NCBI GenBank assembly: GCA_963669175.1
Contig: OY769902.1
Location: forward strand, 2,048,001 to 2,112,000
Direction of reading: 5' to 3'
DNA: 64,000 nt
From: a bacterium
Lineage (GTDB): Bacteria; Electryoneota; Electryoneia; Electryoneales; Electryoneaceae
How positions within the stretch are numbered: position 1 is the stretch's first letter; the number at the start of each line of letters is the position of its first letter. The position numbers and the translations under genes are program-made. Below are positions 20,511 through 30,087 of the stretch, piece by piece. Below the pieces are notes generated by a model that ran no database searches, was not told where the DNA came from, and worked only from the letters and a program-made list of their open reading frames with translations.

Positions 20511-20556
20511 TGCGCTATTTTATTCTATCAATGATTCAAGCTCTAACGGAGGCGCC

Positions 20557-22863
20557 ATGACCATGAGCAAGCTGCCGTTGCGTGTCGTATTTGTTGTCTT
20601 TCTGACCTGTTTACTCGTCTTTCCATCCCTTTCCCAGGAAACATGGCATCATGGTGGTCCGGTAGGCGCCAAGGCAAGAACCATACTGATCAGCCCCCAC
20701 GATACCACTCTGGTAATCGTGGGGGTTGAGCAATCTGGCGTGTACCGTAGCGAAGATGGCGGCAACACATGGGTGTGGTCGGGAAATGGCTTGCCTTATG
20801 TTGATGAGGGCATAAGGGATGGCATTCGGCAGAGTGGCACCTATGGCGAACCTGTGTGTCTATATGCCGATCCAGTCAATACTGACCGACTCTGGTACTT
20901 AAACGAATATGAAAATCACCCGGAGCATGTCCTGTTCAGGAGTGATAACCGTGGGGAATACTGGGAGCGTGTCGATTTTCCCACGGACTATGAGATATTC
21001 CCACAAGCGATCTGGGTTCACCCGGAACGACCGGATACGGTTCTGGTTGGGGCGTGGCGATCAACGGATGGCGGTCAATCATGGACATTAATGGGGGCTA
21101 TCGGTACAGAAATTCTATATTACTATTATCAGGATCCCAATGTCCCGGAAAAAGTGTATATGGCGTCATGGAACAATTTTCTCGATTATTCCATTGATGG
21201 TGGTGAGACATGGCATGCTCATAGTGATTTGTCAGGTAACTTGTCCTTTGCATTGGCGATCGATCCAGATAACTCGAATAGGATGCTTTCCCTTTGTTCA
21301 AATAGAGGAGATATATATTTAGCCAGAACAAATGACGGAGGTGCCTTTTGGTACGATATTGTGCTTGATGTAGAACAGTGGATCGCTCCTGACTATTTTC
21401 CAATGGAACTGTATGAAAACGGGCAGGGAAATGTTTTTATTGTCACTTTGTATTATGGCGTAGAACGATACAAATATTACAAGAGTTTAGATTTCGGTTA
21501 CAATTGGGAGCTTATACAGGGGATAGATGAAATGACTCCTGTGCATGAGGCCATGGATCGTTTGGCTATCAATCCGCACAATCCTTTCACATTGTTTTTT
21601 GTTCAGTACAACAAGCTACTTCTTTCCCATAATGGTGGGACAACTTTTGATTCCACCGGTCAAGGAATGGATAACTATAATTGCTACTTGTTGATGCAAA
21701 AACCTGGTACTGAAGAGGTCCGGGTTGAGCAGGGTACAGGTTACCTGAGTTGGAGTCTTGCTGATTCTGCTTGGGCGTTTGTTGATGATCCTACTCTGTC
21801 CGAGTATTTTCATCCCGTTTATCCTGATACTCAATATGCCTGGCATTATGGGATAGGTCAGGAGATCAGCTATGATGATGGTGAAACCTGGACCCCGTTT
21901 GGTTATGATCAGGCGTTTGATCCACGGTTTGACCCTTTTGATCCGGAACATATTCTGGGATTAGGCTATGAAGCATTGGTGAACCTAACGGATTACGGTA
22001 TAACAATGATTGATAGTGTAGTGTTCATGCAATACAATGAAGGAGAATGCATCTGTGATGCGCAGTTTGATCCCACTCTGGAGGGGCGGATTTTTGCTGG
22101 TGGATCCGACCATATATTCAGGTCGTTAGATGGTGGCTCCAGTTATCAGGCTGTATATACCTTACCTGAAGAATCTGACGGCCTCTTTAACATCGTTGTT
22201 CATCCATCGGACGGGACGATTTATGCAGTAGAGTATTATCACGTCCCCAATGGTGTTACGCATTCGAGGATATTGCGATCGGATGATCATGGCGACAGTT
22301 TTTATGAACCGGATACGACATTCTGTTTCGAAGTATTGCCACATCTTGCTTTCTCGCCTGTTGCTCCTCATCCGCTGGTAATGGCGGCTACGTCGGGAGT
22401 CTGGTATCAGCCGTATGGGACGGATACCTGGAACCTGTTGCCTTTGCCGGTGAATGTGCGCGCTAATTACCTGCTGTTTTCCTGGGATGAAAGCACGCTG
22501 CATATTGGCACAGCCGGGCGTGGTGTCTGGTCGCTCACCGGGTTTGATTTCAACTCGGTGGAGGAGCAGGAGCTGCATCTGCTGCCGTCCCAGCTAGATC
22601 TGTCCGCCTACCCGAATCCGTTCAACCCGAGCGTGACTCTTACCTATGCCGTACCGCAACGTGGGGATGTGACGCTGACGGTGTACAATGTCCTGGGCGA
22701 ATGTGTGGCGCAACTGGTCAACGGTCCCCTAGCCGCCGGAGTACACGAGGTGACCTGGAACGGCTTGAATAGCGTCGGGCAACAGGTGGCATCCGGTGTG
22801 TACTATGCGACCCTGAAAGCGAACGGCGCTACGATGACACAGAAGGTTGTGATGGTTCAGTGA
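20557..22863 (+). CDS. Secreted BNR/Asp-box beta-propeller protein with T9SS-type CTD
   Basis: ATG 20557 after GGAGG, signal peptide, SxDGGxTW repeats, AYPNPFNP...QKVVMVQ. Paralog of the 4973 and 43562 proteins. Confidence 0.88.
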   Translation: MTMSKLPLRVVFVVFLTCLLVFPSLSQETWHHGGPVGAKARTILISPHDTTLVIVGVEQSGVYRSEDGGNTWVWSGNGLPYVDEGIRDGIRQSGTYGEPVCLYADPVNTDRLWYLNEYENHPEHVLFRSDNRGEYWERVDFPTDYEIFPQAIWVHPERPDTVLVGAWRSTDGGQSWTLMGAIGTEILYYYYQDPNVPEKVYMASWNNFLDYSIDGGETWHAHSDLSGNLSFALAIDPDNSNRMLSLCSNRGDIYLARTNDGGAFWYDIVLDVEQWIAPDYFPMELYENGQGNVFIVTLYYGVERYKYYKSLDFGYNWELIQGIDEMTPVHEAMDRLAINPHNPFTLFFVQYNKLLLSHNGGTTFDSTGQGMDNYNCYLLMQKPGTEEVRVEQGTGYLSWSLADSAWAFVDDPTLSEYFHPVYPDTQYAWHYGIGQEISYDDGETWTPFGYDQAFDPRFDPFDPEHILGLGYEALVNLTDYGITMIDSVVFMQYNEGECICDAQFDPTLEGRIFAGGSDHIFRSLDGGSSYQAVYTLPEESDGLFNIVVHPSDGTIYAVEYYHVPNGVTHSRILRSDDHGDSFYEPDTTFCFEVLPHLAFSPVAPHPLVMAATSGVWYQPYGTDTWNLLPLPVNVRANYLLFSWDESTLHIGTAGRGVWSLTGFDFNSVEEQELHLLPSQLDLSAYPNPFNPSVTLTYAVPQRGDVTLTVYNVLGECVAQLVNGPLAAGVHEVTWNGLNSVGQQVASGVYYATLKANGATMTQKVVMVQ

Positions 22864-23004
22864 GTTGGAAAGTTTGAAAGTTCAAAAGTTGTCAAGTTAT
22901 TGGTAGCCCGGCCATGCCTGGCCGGGAATAGAGTATAAGATGGTTGTGGTAGACGCCCTTTAATGAATTAGAATAGACCACCGCCAGCAAGCTGGCGGGG
23001 CCAA
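22863..23004 (+). repeat. Direct repeat of 19923-19990 plus compact TAGACC hairpin
   Basis: About 68 bp matching with about four mismatches. TAGACCACCGCCAGCAAGCTGGCGGGGCCAA at 22974-23004. Confidence 0.85.
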
Positions 23005-23184
23005 TAGTGCTTGATGGAAAATGTCGTAAATAACCGGTGTCTTCTTCATACACCGGTCATGCAGGATCGTAGAAGTAAGTAATATATAGTTTCTTAATGT
23101 GTTACACGATCTCTTCTGCCTGTCAAACCAATTATAAAGGTTGCTAACAGGAAGTAAATCGCCAAACCTGCCAGGAGTATTTCC

Positions 23185-24033
23185 TTACTTGTTCATTGCA
23201 AGTTGTTGTGGAGCTCCTTTTATAACATTGTTTGAGATGGCTGTCAGGTTATGAGCAACGTACATTTTCTTCAGGAAAGAATGTTCCGGAAAGGGACGAC
23301 CGATATCAACACCGTACCATTTGTCAATCTTTACATGTTCACTTCTCTCGTTGAATTCATCGATTGCCAGTAGTTCTCCCGCGTATTTGTGATTAAATAT
23401 AAATTCAATATCATCAAAATAAATGGGAACATGTTGGAGCATTTTAAGATTAGGGTCGAGAAGAATATTCAATGCTTGGGATGTAGATGAATACAAGTCT
23501 AAATCAAAAGAAATAAAACCAATAGGACTAGCATTATACTTTGTAAAAAAGCTTTTAACAGTCTCTTTTACGTTGCCGAGTATTAATGTTGATCGTTTGG
23601 ATAGTTTTGAACGCAAAGCGACTTCATCCATGGGGTAATCACCCGCTTTCCATTTGTCGGGGTGATCACGATAATCGCCTATCAGCTCTGGCAAACCTGA
23701 GGCTCCAGCATCAAAACCAAAAACTCTGATTTTGACACCGGTTTCCCGCTCGACAGAACGGGCTTCATGCTGCAACGTAAGCAAGCCACTTCCGCCAGCT
23801 ACACCGAACTCAATGACTGAAATCTCCTTGATGCCCTGCTTTATGGCTTGCTGTGCGGCCGTATAAACGCCAAGCAGGTATTGTGGACGATTTGATAGCT
23901 CCCAAATAACTCGTGTTTTAAGGGGAACACGCATTTTCATAAGCGCTGCTTTTGCAAAGAGTCTAAATGGTGGCTCCATGCAAAGCCTGGTAACAAAATG
24001 TGGCAAAGGCCTAAAACTCATCGTTTTCTCCAT
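23185..24033 (-). CDS. Class I SAM-dependent methyltransferase (TylF/MycF-like)
   Basis: IEFGVAGG motif I, FGFD...GLP, FISFDLDLYSST, IYFDD. Visibly AT-rich. Confidence 0.75.
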   Translation of the reverse strand: MEKTMSFRPLPHFVTRLCMEPPFRLFAKAALMKMRVPLKTRVIWELSNRPQYLLGVYTAAQQAIKQGIKEISVIEFGVAGGSGLLTLQHEARSVERETGVKIRVFGFDAGASGLPELIGDYRDHPDKWKAGDYPMDEVALRSKLSKRSTLILGNVKETVKSFFTKYNASPIGFISFDLDLYSSTSQALNILLDPNLKMLQHVPIYFDDIEFIFNHKYAGELLAIDEFNERSEHVKIDKWYGVDIGRPFPEHSFLKKMYVAHNLTAISNNVIKGAPQQLAMNK

Positions 24034-24359
24034 CTGAAAATCGTGAAGTATATGTTTGGCAACTTCCCTGATCCTGAGGACCTTGGGCAGGAGGATTGGA
24101 ATTTCCGCTCCTGGCTACTCAACCGAATATGGTTTCCCTTTGGCGTAATGAAGCAGATGAGGAAATTATAAAGCTCTGCATATGTCAATAATTCAACCAA
24201 TTCTTGCGTATTGAAAACCCAATATACAGATTGGAATATATGCTCTCAACTGGGCTGATCCAACTGATTCATACTCACATTTCATCACTGCCGTTTCCGC
24301 TCTCATGAAAGTGTCCGCCGTCGCTTGCTTCCCTCGTGCGCAAGTGCGATCTTGCCCGC

Positions 24360-25358
24360 ATGGCTACATTACACGAACGACTTCTCCTGGCGGCGTTGGA
24401 ACAGGTCATGACGCGGCTGCAACCGGACGGTGTCCGGGTTGAGTGGAAAGAGATCAACTACGGTCTGAAGCTGGACGCTGTGTCGGGGGCTGCCAAGGCG
24501 GCGGGATCATTGTATTACAGCCCGAAAAAGCGACGGTTCTCCTGGGTTCCCAACGGGAAGAGCGACAAGAGGCTGGCGGAACGGCTGGCATCAACCGTAA
24601 ACGGTGTCATCGGCGCTCCGCTTCCCACAGTACCCGCGAAAGAGACCATGGGCAGCGCTGCGGAAGAAGTATCCGCCAAATCCCCGGAAGCACGCTGGAA
24701 TGTGTGGATCGGCACCGATGAGGCGGGTAAGGGCGACCTGTTCGGGCCGTTGGTCGTGGCCGGATTTGTCGGCTATCGGGATCGCATACAGGGCTTACGT
24801 GAGCTGGGGGTGCGTGACTCGAAAGAGCTGAACACGTCAACCATCGCCAAGATCGCCGAGACTATCCTGGACAAGGCGAAGGATCGTGTGGAAGTGATCG
24901 CAATCGGTCCGAAACGCTACAACGAGATGCATGAGAACTTCCTGAAACAGGGCGGTGTCAACGGTATGCTGGGCTGGGCGCATGGGAAGGTGGCGTCAAA
25001 CCTGGCCGCACGTTTCGAGGACGTCGAAGGGTTGGTCGTGGACAAGTTTGGCGGCGAGTATCGTCTGAAACCCTACCTCGGCGACGCCAAGAAGCTGGAA
25101 CTGGTGCTGCGCAGCAAGGCGGAATCCAATCTTGCCGTAGCGGCGGCGGCGATTGTGGCACGTTATACCTATGACAAAGCCATGGACGCGATGAAGGACG
25201 AGCTGGGCTTTCGTCCCCACGCCGGTTCCAGCCGTGATGCGCAACGAGATCTGCTCAAACTGGCAGGTAAAAGCGAAGAGGAACTGGCGCCGTTTGTGAA
25301 GCTGCATTTCAAGCCGGTACAGACGTTGTTGAGCCACTCGATGTTTGGGAAAAAGTGA
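24360..25358 (+). CDS. rnhC: Ribonuclease HIII
   Basis: WIGTDEAGKGDLFGPLVVAG, GVRDSK, VDKF, KAES..AVAAAAIVAR, FVKLHFK, with an N-terminal extension. Confidence 0.88.
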   Translation: MATLHERLLLAALEQVMTRLQPDGVRVEWKEINYGLKLDAVSGAAKAAGSLYYSPKKRRFSWVPNGKSDKRLAERLASTVNGVIGAPLPTVPAKETMGSAAEEVSAKSPEARWNVWIGTDEAGKGDLFGPLVVAGFVGYRDRIQGLRELGVRDSKELNTSTIAKIAETILDKAKDRVEVIAIGPKRYNEMHENFLKQGGVNGMLGWAHGKVASNLAARFEDVEGLVVDKFGGEYRLKPYLGDAKKLELVLRSKAESNLAVAAAAIVARYTYDKAMDAMKDELGFRPHAGSSRDAQRDLLKLAGKSEEELAPFVKLHFKPVQTLLSHSMFGKK

Positions 25359-25444
25359 AAAAAGTTGGCAGTGAAAAAAGTGAAAAAGGTAAAAACGTAA
25401 AGAAGGTATAAAAGGAATAAGTAGCCCGGCAATGTTTGGTCGGG
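25355..25444 (+). repeat. 9-mer tandem plus GTAG REP
   Basis: GTGAAAAAA/GGTAAAAA repeats, then GTAGCCCGGCAATGTTTGGTCGGG at 25421-25444. Confidence 0.75.
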
Positions 25445-25559
25445 TATGATATCTTGGCATTGTAAAGTTGGTGCTTCGCTGTTTTGTGTGGATAAGATTC
25501 TGTTATACCCTTAACTTGGATATAAGGATCTAATTCGATGGGAAAGGAAAATTACCGAT

Positions 25560-25803
25560 GGAAAATGGGGACTGCCACTCTTTTCGCTTGCGAATATGCC
25601 AGGCATTGTTAATCATGATTTATGTATACGCAAAATCATCGAGCGCTGGGAAAACATGTTGCGAAAAGGTGGCTGTCCCGGCATTTTCCCGTCTGGAACC
25701 ATCTGATAGAGCAGGCGAAAAATCTGGTACAGTTACCTTTTCATCTATACTGGTTTGACTGTTCTGCATTCGAAAGCATGAAAAGGTAACAGTCCCATTT
25801 TTC
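25560..25803 (-). repeat. Four-motif REP-doublet-like element, copy 2 (inverted)
   Basis: Reverse complement of the boxes at 29477-29738. Confidence 0.85.
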
Positions 25804-25921
25804 ACCTATCTACCTATTCAAAATAGCGAGGCACCGTAAAGTTTGAAAGTTATATCGTGCAGAACTTGTAACGTCTGTTTGTTGTGTGATTTGTGTGTGG
25901 ATGTTAAGGAAGGGAACGTAG

Positions 25922-26560
25922 ATGCACTCGTTGATGAAATTGATTCACGGCACCGATATTTATGACGGTTTTACCGGCTTTGCGGAGCAGTACCCGGACT
26001 TGACGATTGAGGCGGGTCACCCGGTTTTTGAGCGTCTGATCGAGGAAAGCCGTCCCCGAGTGGTCATCGATGTCAATAATGACGATGGCAGCACGGCAAT
26101 CCTGCTGGCTGAACTGCTGAAACGCAGGGGACTGGATAGCATCGTGGTGGCTGTGAACCCCTTCCTGGATAATCAGGAGGATATGGCATCGCTACTGGAA
26201 GACAAAACGCCGCCGCATGTCGATTCCGCCACATATAAGCAGTTCATGAATCATGTCATCAAGCACAACCTGCAGGACAGGATTATCCCGTTCCCGGTAT
26301 CCTCGCTGGTTGCCGGACGTATCCTGGGCAAGGCATGGGTGAAAGTAGACATGGTTCATCTTGACGTCAGCAGGGAAGAGCAGGATATGCAATTTGACCT
26401 GCTACACTACGAACCCATGCTTAGTGATGTGAATGCGGTTCTGTGCGGCGGACACCATTCCGATACGGCGCCGAACCTGATGAACGCGGTGAATAAGTAT
26501 TCTGAAGCGGCCGTGCTGGCGCTGGAAATGATGGATGATAAATGGATTCTGTGGAAGTGA
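25922..26560 (+). CDS. Methyltransferase-fold protein (Methyltransf_24-like), degenerate motifs
   Basis: Layout RPRVVIDV...YKQFMNHVI...IIPFP..S...DMVHLD matches class I methyltransferases, but the Gly-rich motif reads DVNNDDG. Confidence 0.6.
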   Translation: MHSLMKLIHGTDIYDGFTGFAEQYPDLTIEAGHPVFERLIEESRPRVVIDVNNDDGSTAILLAELLKRRGLDSIVVAVNPFLDNQEDMASLLEDKTPPHVDSATYKQFMNHVIKHNLQDRIIPFPVSSLVAGRILGKAWVKVDMVHLDVSREEQDMQFDLLHYEPMLSDVNAVLCGGHHSDTAPNLMNAVNKYSEAAVLALEMMDDKWILWK

Positions 26561-27072
26561 AGTAGGTAAAGAAGGTAAAAAAAGTAAAAAAAGTAAAGAA
26601 AGTGATTGAAACATAGGAAGTTGCTGATCCGGGACTTTGACAAGATTCTACCGGTTAAAAATATAGGTTCCTCACAAGAATTTGTGCATCCGGGCATTGT
26701 TGTGGCAGGTCTTGACGCGACATTCTGTCTTCGGCTTTCGTTATGTTTTCCTGAACTCACATTGATACTGAAACCGCTTCTCGCTCTGTTTTTGGCGCGT
26801 TGTGACCTGCCACCGGTATCTGCATTCTCGCTATCGTCATGTCACAACGTGATGCCTGATGTCGATCTATCATGCGAAAAAACACGCGTGAACTCGGACA
26901 GGTATCTTACGTCACGGAGAAAACAAGAAAAAAGCATCACGCCAAGACCTGACGAAACGTACTCGTCGATAGTATGTACAAATTCTTGTAAGCAGCCAAA
27001 ACAGATTGTCATTTGTCTGCCAGTAATGTATTTTAATAGGCACGTCCGCTTCCCCGCTGGACAGAATTGGAG

Positions 27073-29412
27073 ATGACGATGACACGTACCGCACCCCTCC
27101 GTTTGCGCTTCTCGCAACCTGCGATCCTGTTAATACTCTGCCTTCTCCCGCTTCTTGCCCTCTCTGAAGGACGAACGCCCTGGGATGTTGGAGTGGACTG
27201 GCAGGGTGATCATTTCATTTACCGAATGTCCAGGGGAAGCCTGATAGACTCATGCTATCTCTATGCTTCTGATTCCTATGGTGTAAGGTTGTATAAAATC
27301 CAGGAGGATGAGGGGCATGTTGAATTACAGTTATGCGATGAAGAAAGAGCGCAGGCCTCCGGGCAAAGCCTCCTGAAGTTGTATGGTGATACGCTGTTAG
27401 TCGCCTCAGTCAACCGTATCTACTTGTTTTATCGTGAAGGCGATTCCCTGGTCAGGATACATGAAGGGCAATATCCATATTACAGCCCGTATTACATCTC
27501 GGACAGCAGGTTGATGATAACCGCCATGGGTATTTATGATTTGCATGATCTCACCAACCCGCAGTTAGTGGATTCTAGTTCGCACACACCCTACCGCGCA
27601 ATCATTGTCGGTGATCGAAAATACAATGTTGTTGTTTCCAGCCTGCGTGGAAATCCCCTGGTCGTTTCCGATGTTTCTGATCCAGCGAATCCGACAGTTA
27701 TTCAAACGATAGCGCCCAGCACATTCGGGGATCATGGAATCGACGGTTTTACACCTGTTTATCTTGACAGTGTTCTCGCATTTCCCGAAAGAGAAGCAAT
27801 TCGATTTGTCAAGTTGGATGAAAATGGGGAGGTTGTTGATACCTGTTCATGGAATTATTACGCACATTATCCGGAACGTTATCGCTACCAGATCAGTTGG
27901 CTAGGGGTGATTGCCGATACATTGCTTGGAGCTTTCTCCCCGGTAACTTATCAGGATCAAGGTCCACAGTTGTTTCTGTTTGATCCGGATGAAGATCTGG
28001 AGAATATGCATATTGCGACAGTGCAGTTCGAGGAAGAAGTAGCCACAGATTATTGGATCAGTTCACCAGCCTGCTGCGCCGATGATTCACTCCTGTTTAT
28101 CAATCATCTGCGTTGTCCGCACACGCTGTTGTATTCCATAGCTGACATGGATTCTGCGAGATTGCTCTATGATTCAACCGAGTGGAATAATTCAGCCCAG
28201 TCCCCGCAGTATAGCCTGCTAATGGTAACTGACGGTATTCTGGCTGTTGATGAAAATGATTTCAGAACAAGTCTCTACTCCCTGACAGGGAGTAATGCTC
28301 CTGAATTGCTGGTTTCTCTGAGTGAAAATAGAACTTTGTCCTGCGGTTCGCCTGATTTTCTGTATCCCTATTACGTGTTCTGCGCAGAAGAGCCACCACA
28401 GTATCATTGGCTCTTGTATGATGTGTCAGACTATGACTCAATGGAATTCATCTATGATTTTGGCACTCATGGCGGCGGCGGGGCGCATCCGAATGCAAAA
28501 CTCTATGAGGCGGATAATCATTTGTATTGCGCAATTCGTGGTATGGATGAGATTGTGATTTATGAAATACATAATAACAATGTGGATTCCGTGACCATTG
28601 ATCTGCCCGACTACATGTATAGCGCCGCCGGGCTGGCGTGGGATGAAGATGGCTTGTTTGTGCATCGCAATGACACGCTGAGATGGTATGATATCAATTT
28701 CCCTGAGCCGTACAGGTTACACCAACTCATATATTCCCCATACCGGGGAAATACCAACTCGCCCCCCAATCCCCTTTTTAAGAACAATGCATGGGTAGCC
28801 ATATATAATCAAGTCTTTCACATTGAAGATGATTCTCTGAGGTTAATACACACGATTCCCGGTGAGAACCGTACGCTCTATCCCGAGATTTTAGATCTGG
28901 ATAGCGACAGATTGGTATACTGGATGGCGGACGCAAATGGCGGAACAGCGACCGTTCTGAACCTGCATGATGGTTGCTATACAGATACAACTGCCTATAT
29001 GCTTGAGGCAGGACATGCGGCAGACCTGATCGGTGATACCTTATGGCTTGTTGGAACCAATGGCCTGATGCGGTTTGAGTTGACTGGGTATTCAGATACA
29101 CCTGAAGAAAGTAGCACTTCATCCAAGCTTCCCACTACCACACAGCTTGAACCGGCTTTCCCGAATCCTTTTAACCCTTCGGTTACCATTCCATTTACCC
29201 TGGCATCCTCTCAGCGACTCTCTATCGAGATCTTCGATATACTGGGGCGTCGCGTCACGACCCTTACGGAAGGGCTGATTCCCGCCGGGCATCATCAGGT
29301 TCAATGGCAGGGAAAATCATCTTCCGGACAAATGGTCTCGGCAGGGACGTATTTTGTGAGGATGCGTTATGATGGCGGTGAATCCGTAAGGAAAGTATTG
29401 TTGCTGAAATAA
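27073..29412 (+). CDS. Secreted beta-propeller-like protein (LVIVD-like repeats) with T9SS-type CTD
   Basis: Signal peptide, repeats such as IYDLHDLTNPQLV and VSDVSDPANPTVI, C-terminal AFPNPFNP...RKVLLLK. Confidence 0.85.
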   Translation: MTMTRTAPLRLRFSQPAILLILCLLPLLALSEGRTPWDVGVDWQGDHFIYRMSRGSLIDSCYLYASDSYGVRLYKIQEDEGHVELQLCDEERAQASGQSLLKLYGDTLLVASVNRIYLFYREGDSLVRIHEGQYPYYSPYYISDSRLMITAMGIYDLHDLTNPQLVDSSSHTPYRAIIVGDRKYNVVVSSLRGNPLVVSDVSDPANPTVIQTIAPSTFGDHGIDGFTPVYLDSVLAFPEREAIRFVKLDENGEVVDTCSWNYYAHYPERYRYQISWLGVIADTLLGAFSPVTYQDQGPQLFLFDPDEDLENMHIATVQFEEEVATDYWISSPACCADDSLLFINHLRCPHTLLYSIADMDSARLLYDSTEWNNSAQSPQYSLLMVTDGILAVDENDFRTSLYSLTGSNAPELLVSLSENRTLSCGSPDFLYPYYVFCAEEPPQYHWLLYDVSDYDSMEFIYDFGTHGGGGAHPNAKLYEADNHLYCAIRGMDEIVIYEIHNNNVDSVTIDLPDYMYSAAGLAWDEDGLFVHRNDTLRWYDINFPEPYRLHQLIYSPYRGNTNSPPNPLFKNNAWVAIYNQVFHIEDDSLRLIHTIPGENRTLYPEILDLDSDRLVYWMADANGGTATVLNLHDGCYTDTTAYMLEAGHAADLIGDTLWLVGTNGLMRFELTGYSDTPEESSTSSKLPTTTQLEPAFPNPFNPSVTIPFTLASSQRLSIEIFDILGRRVTTLTEGLIPAGHHQVQWQGKSSSGQMVSAGTYFVRMRYDGGESVRKVLLLK

Positions 29413-29476
29413 ATACTCGCGCCAGGGTGGCCGATTCGCATGTGATGCAACTTCCGTTTCGTGGCCTGTATTCGGC

Positions 29477-29738
29477 GAAAAATGGGACTGTTACCTTTTC
29501 GAACTCGCAGATGCAGGACAGTCAAATCAGGGGTGAGGAAAAGGTAACTGTACCAGATTTTTCGCCTGTCTTCTTATGTGAGCGCCACAGTAGGATAGTC
29601 CTCAACGGGAAAATGCCGGGACAGCCACCTTTTTCGCGACACGTTTTCCAAGTACACTATTACATATGCATAATTCAAGCATGATTAACAATCATCGCCA
29701 CTCAAGTATGCGAAAAAGAGTGGCAGTCCCCATTTTCC
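29477..29738 (+). repeat. Four-motif REP-doublet-like element, copy 3
   Basis: GAAAAATGGGACTGTTACCTTTTC / GAAAAGGTAACTGTACCAG / GAAAATGCCGGGACAGCCACCTTTT / AAAAGAGTGGCAGTCCCCATTTTCC. Confidence 0.85.
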
Positions 29739-30024
29739 TGTCACAATCCCGACTCACTCATCGTTTCGTCATGGATTGTAACTGAATCAGAGTATGCAAT
29801 CTGTACCAGTAGCGTCAGATGTATCACTTGTGAGTCGGGCCACCCGGCCATTTTCCTGTCACAATCCCGACTCACTCATCTTTTCGCCAAAGATTGTAGT
29901 TGAATCAGAGTATGCAATCTGTACCAGTAGCGTCAGATGTATCACTTGTGAGTCGGGCCACCCGGCCTGTCACAATCCCGACTCATTCATCGTTTCGTCA
30001 TGGATTGTAACTGAATCAGAGTAT
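29737..30024. repeat. About 2.5 tandem copies of a 111-118-bp unit with internal inverted repeat
   Basis: Units start at 29737, 29855 and 29966. Each full unit has CCCGACTCAC...GTGAGTCGGG arms. Confidence 0.9.
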
Positions 30025-30032
30025 CGCTATAG

Positions 30033-30059
30033 AAAAAAACGCCGGGAAAACCCGGCGTT
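30033..30059 (-). terminator. Intrinsic terminator downstream of recJ
   Basis: AACGCCGGG-loop-CCCGGCGTT followed by a T-run on the minus strand. Confidence 0.8.
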
Positions 30060-30087
30060 GAGAATGCAATGTTGAAAAAGAATAAGA

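Noticed and set aside
20443-20556. N-terminal extension of the 806-aa ORF
   Set aside because: Translates repeat DNA and the duplicated kinase fragment; the start at 20557 has an SD and a signal peptide.
23005-24330. Integron cassette around the AT-rich methyltransferase
   Set aside because: No convincing attC (RYYYAAC...GTTRRRY with internal boxes) and no integrase seen.
26606-27076. 156-aa ORF
   Set aside because: No recognisable motif, TTG start, atypical composition; probably intergenic.
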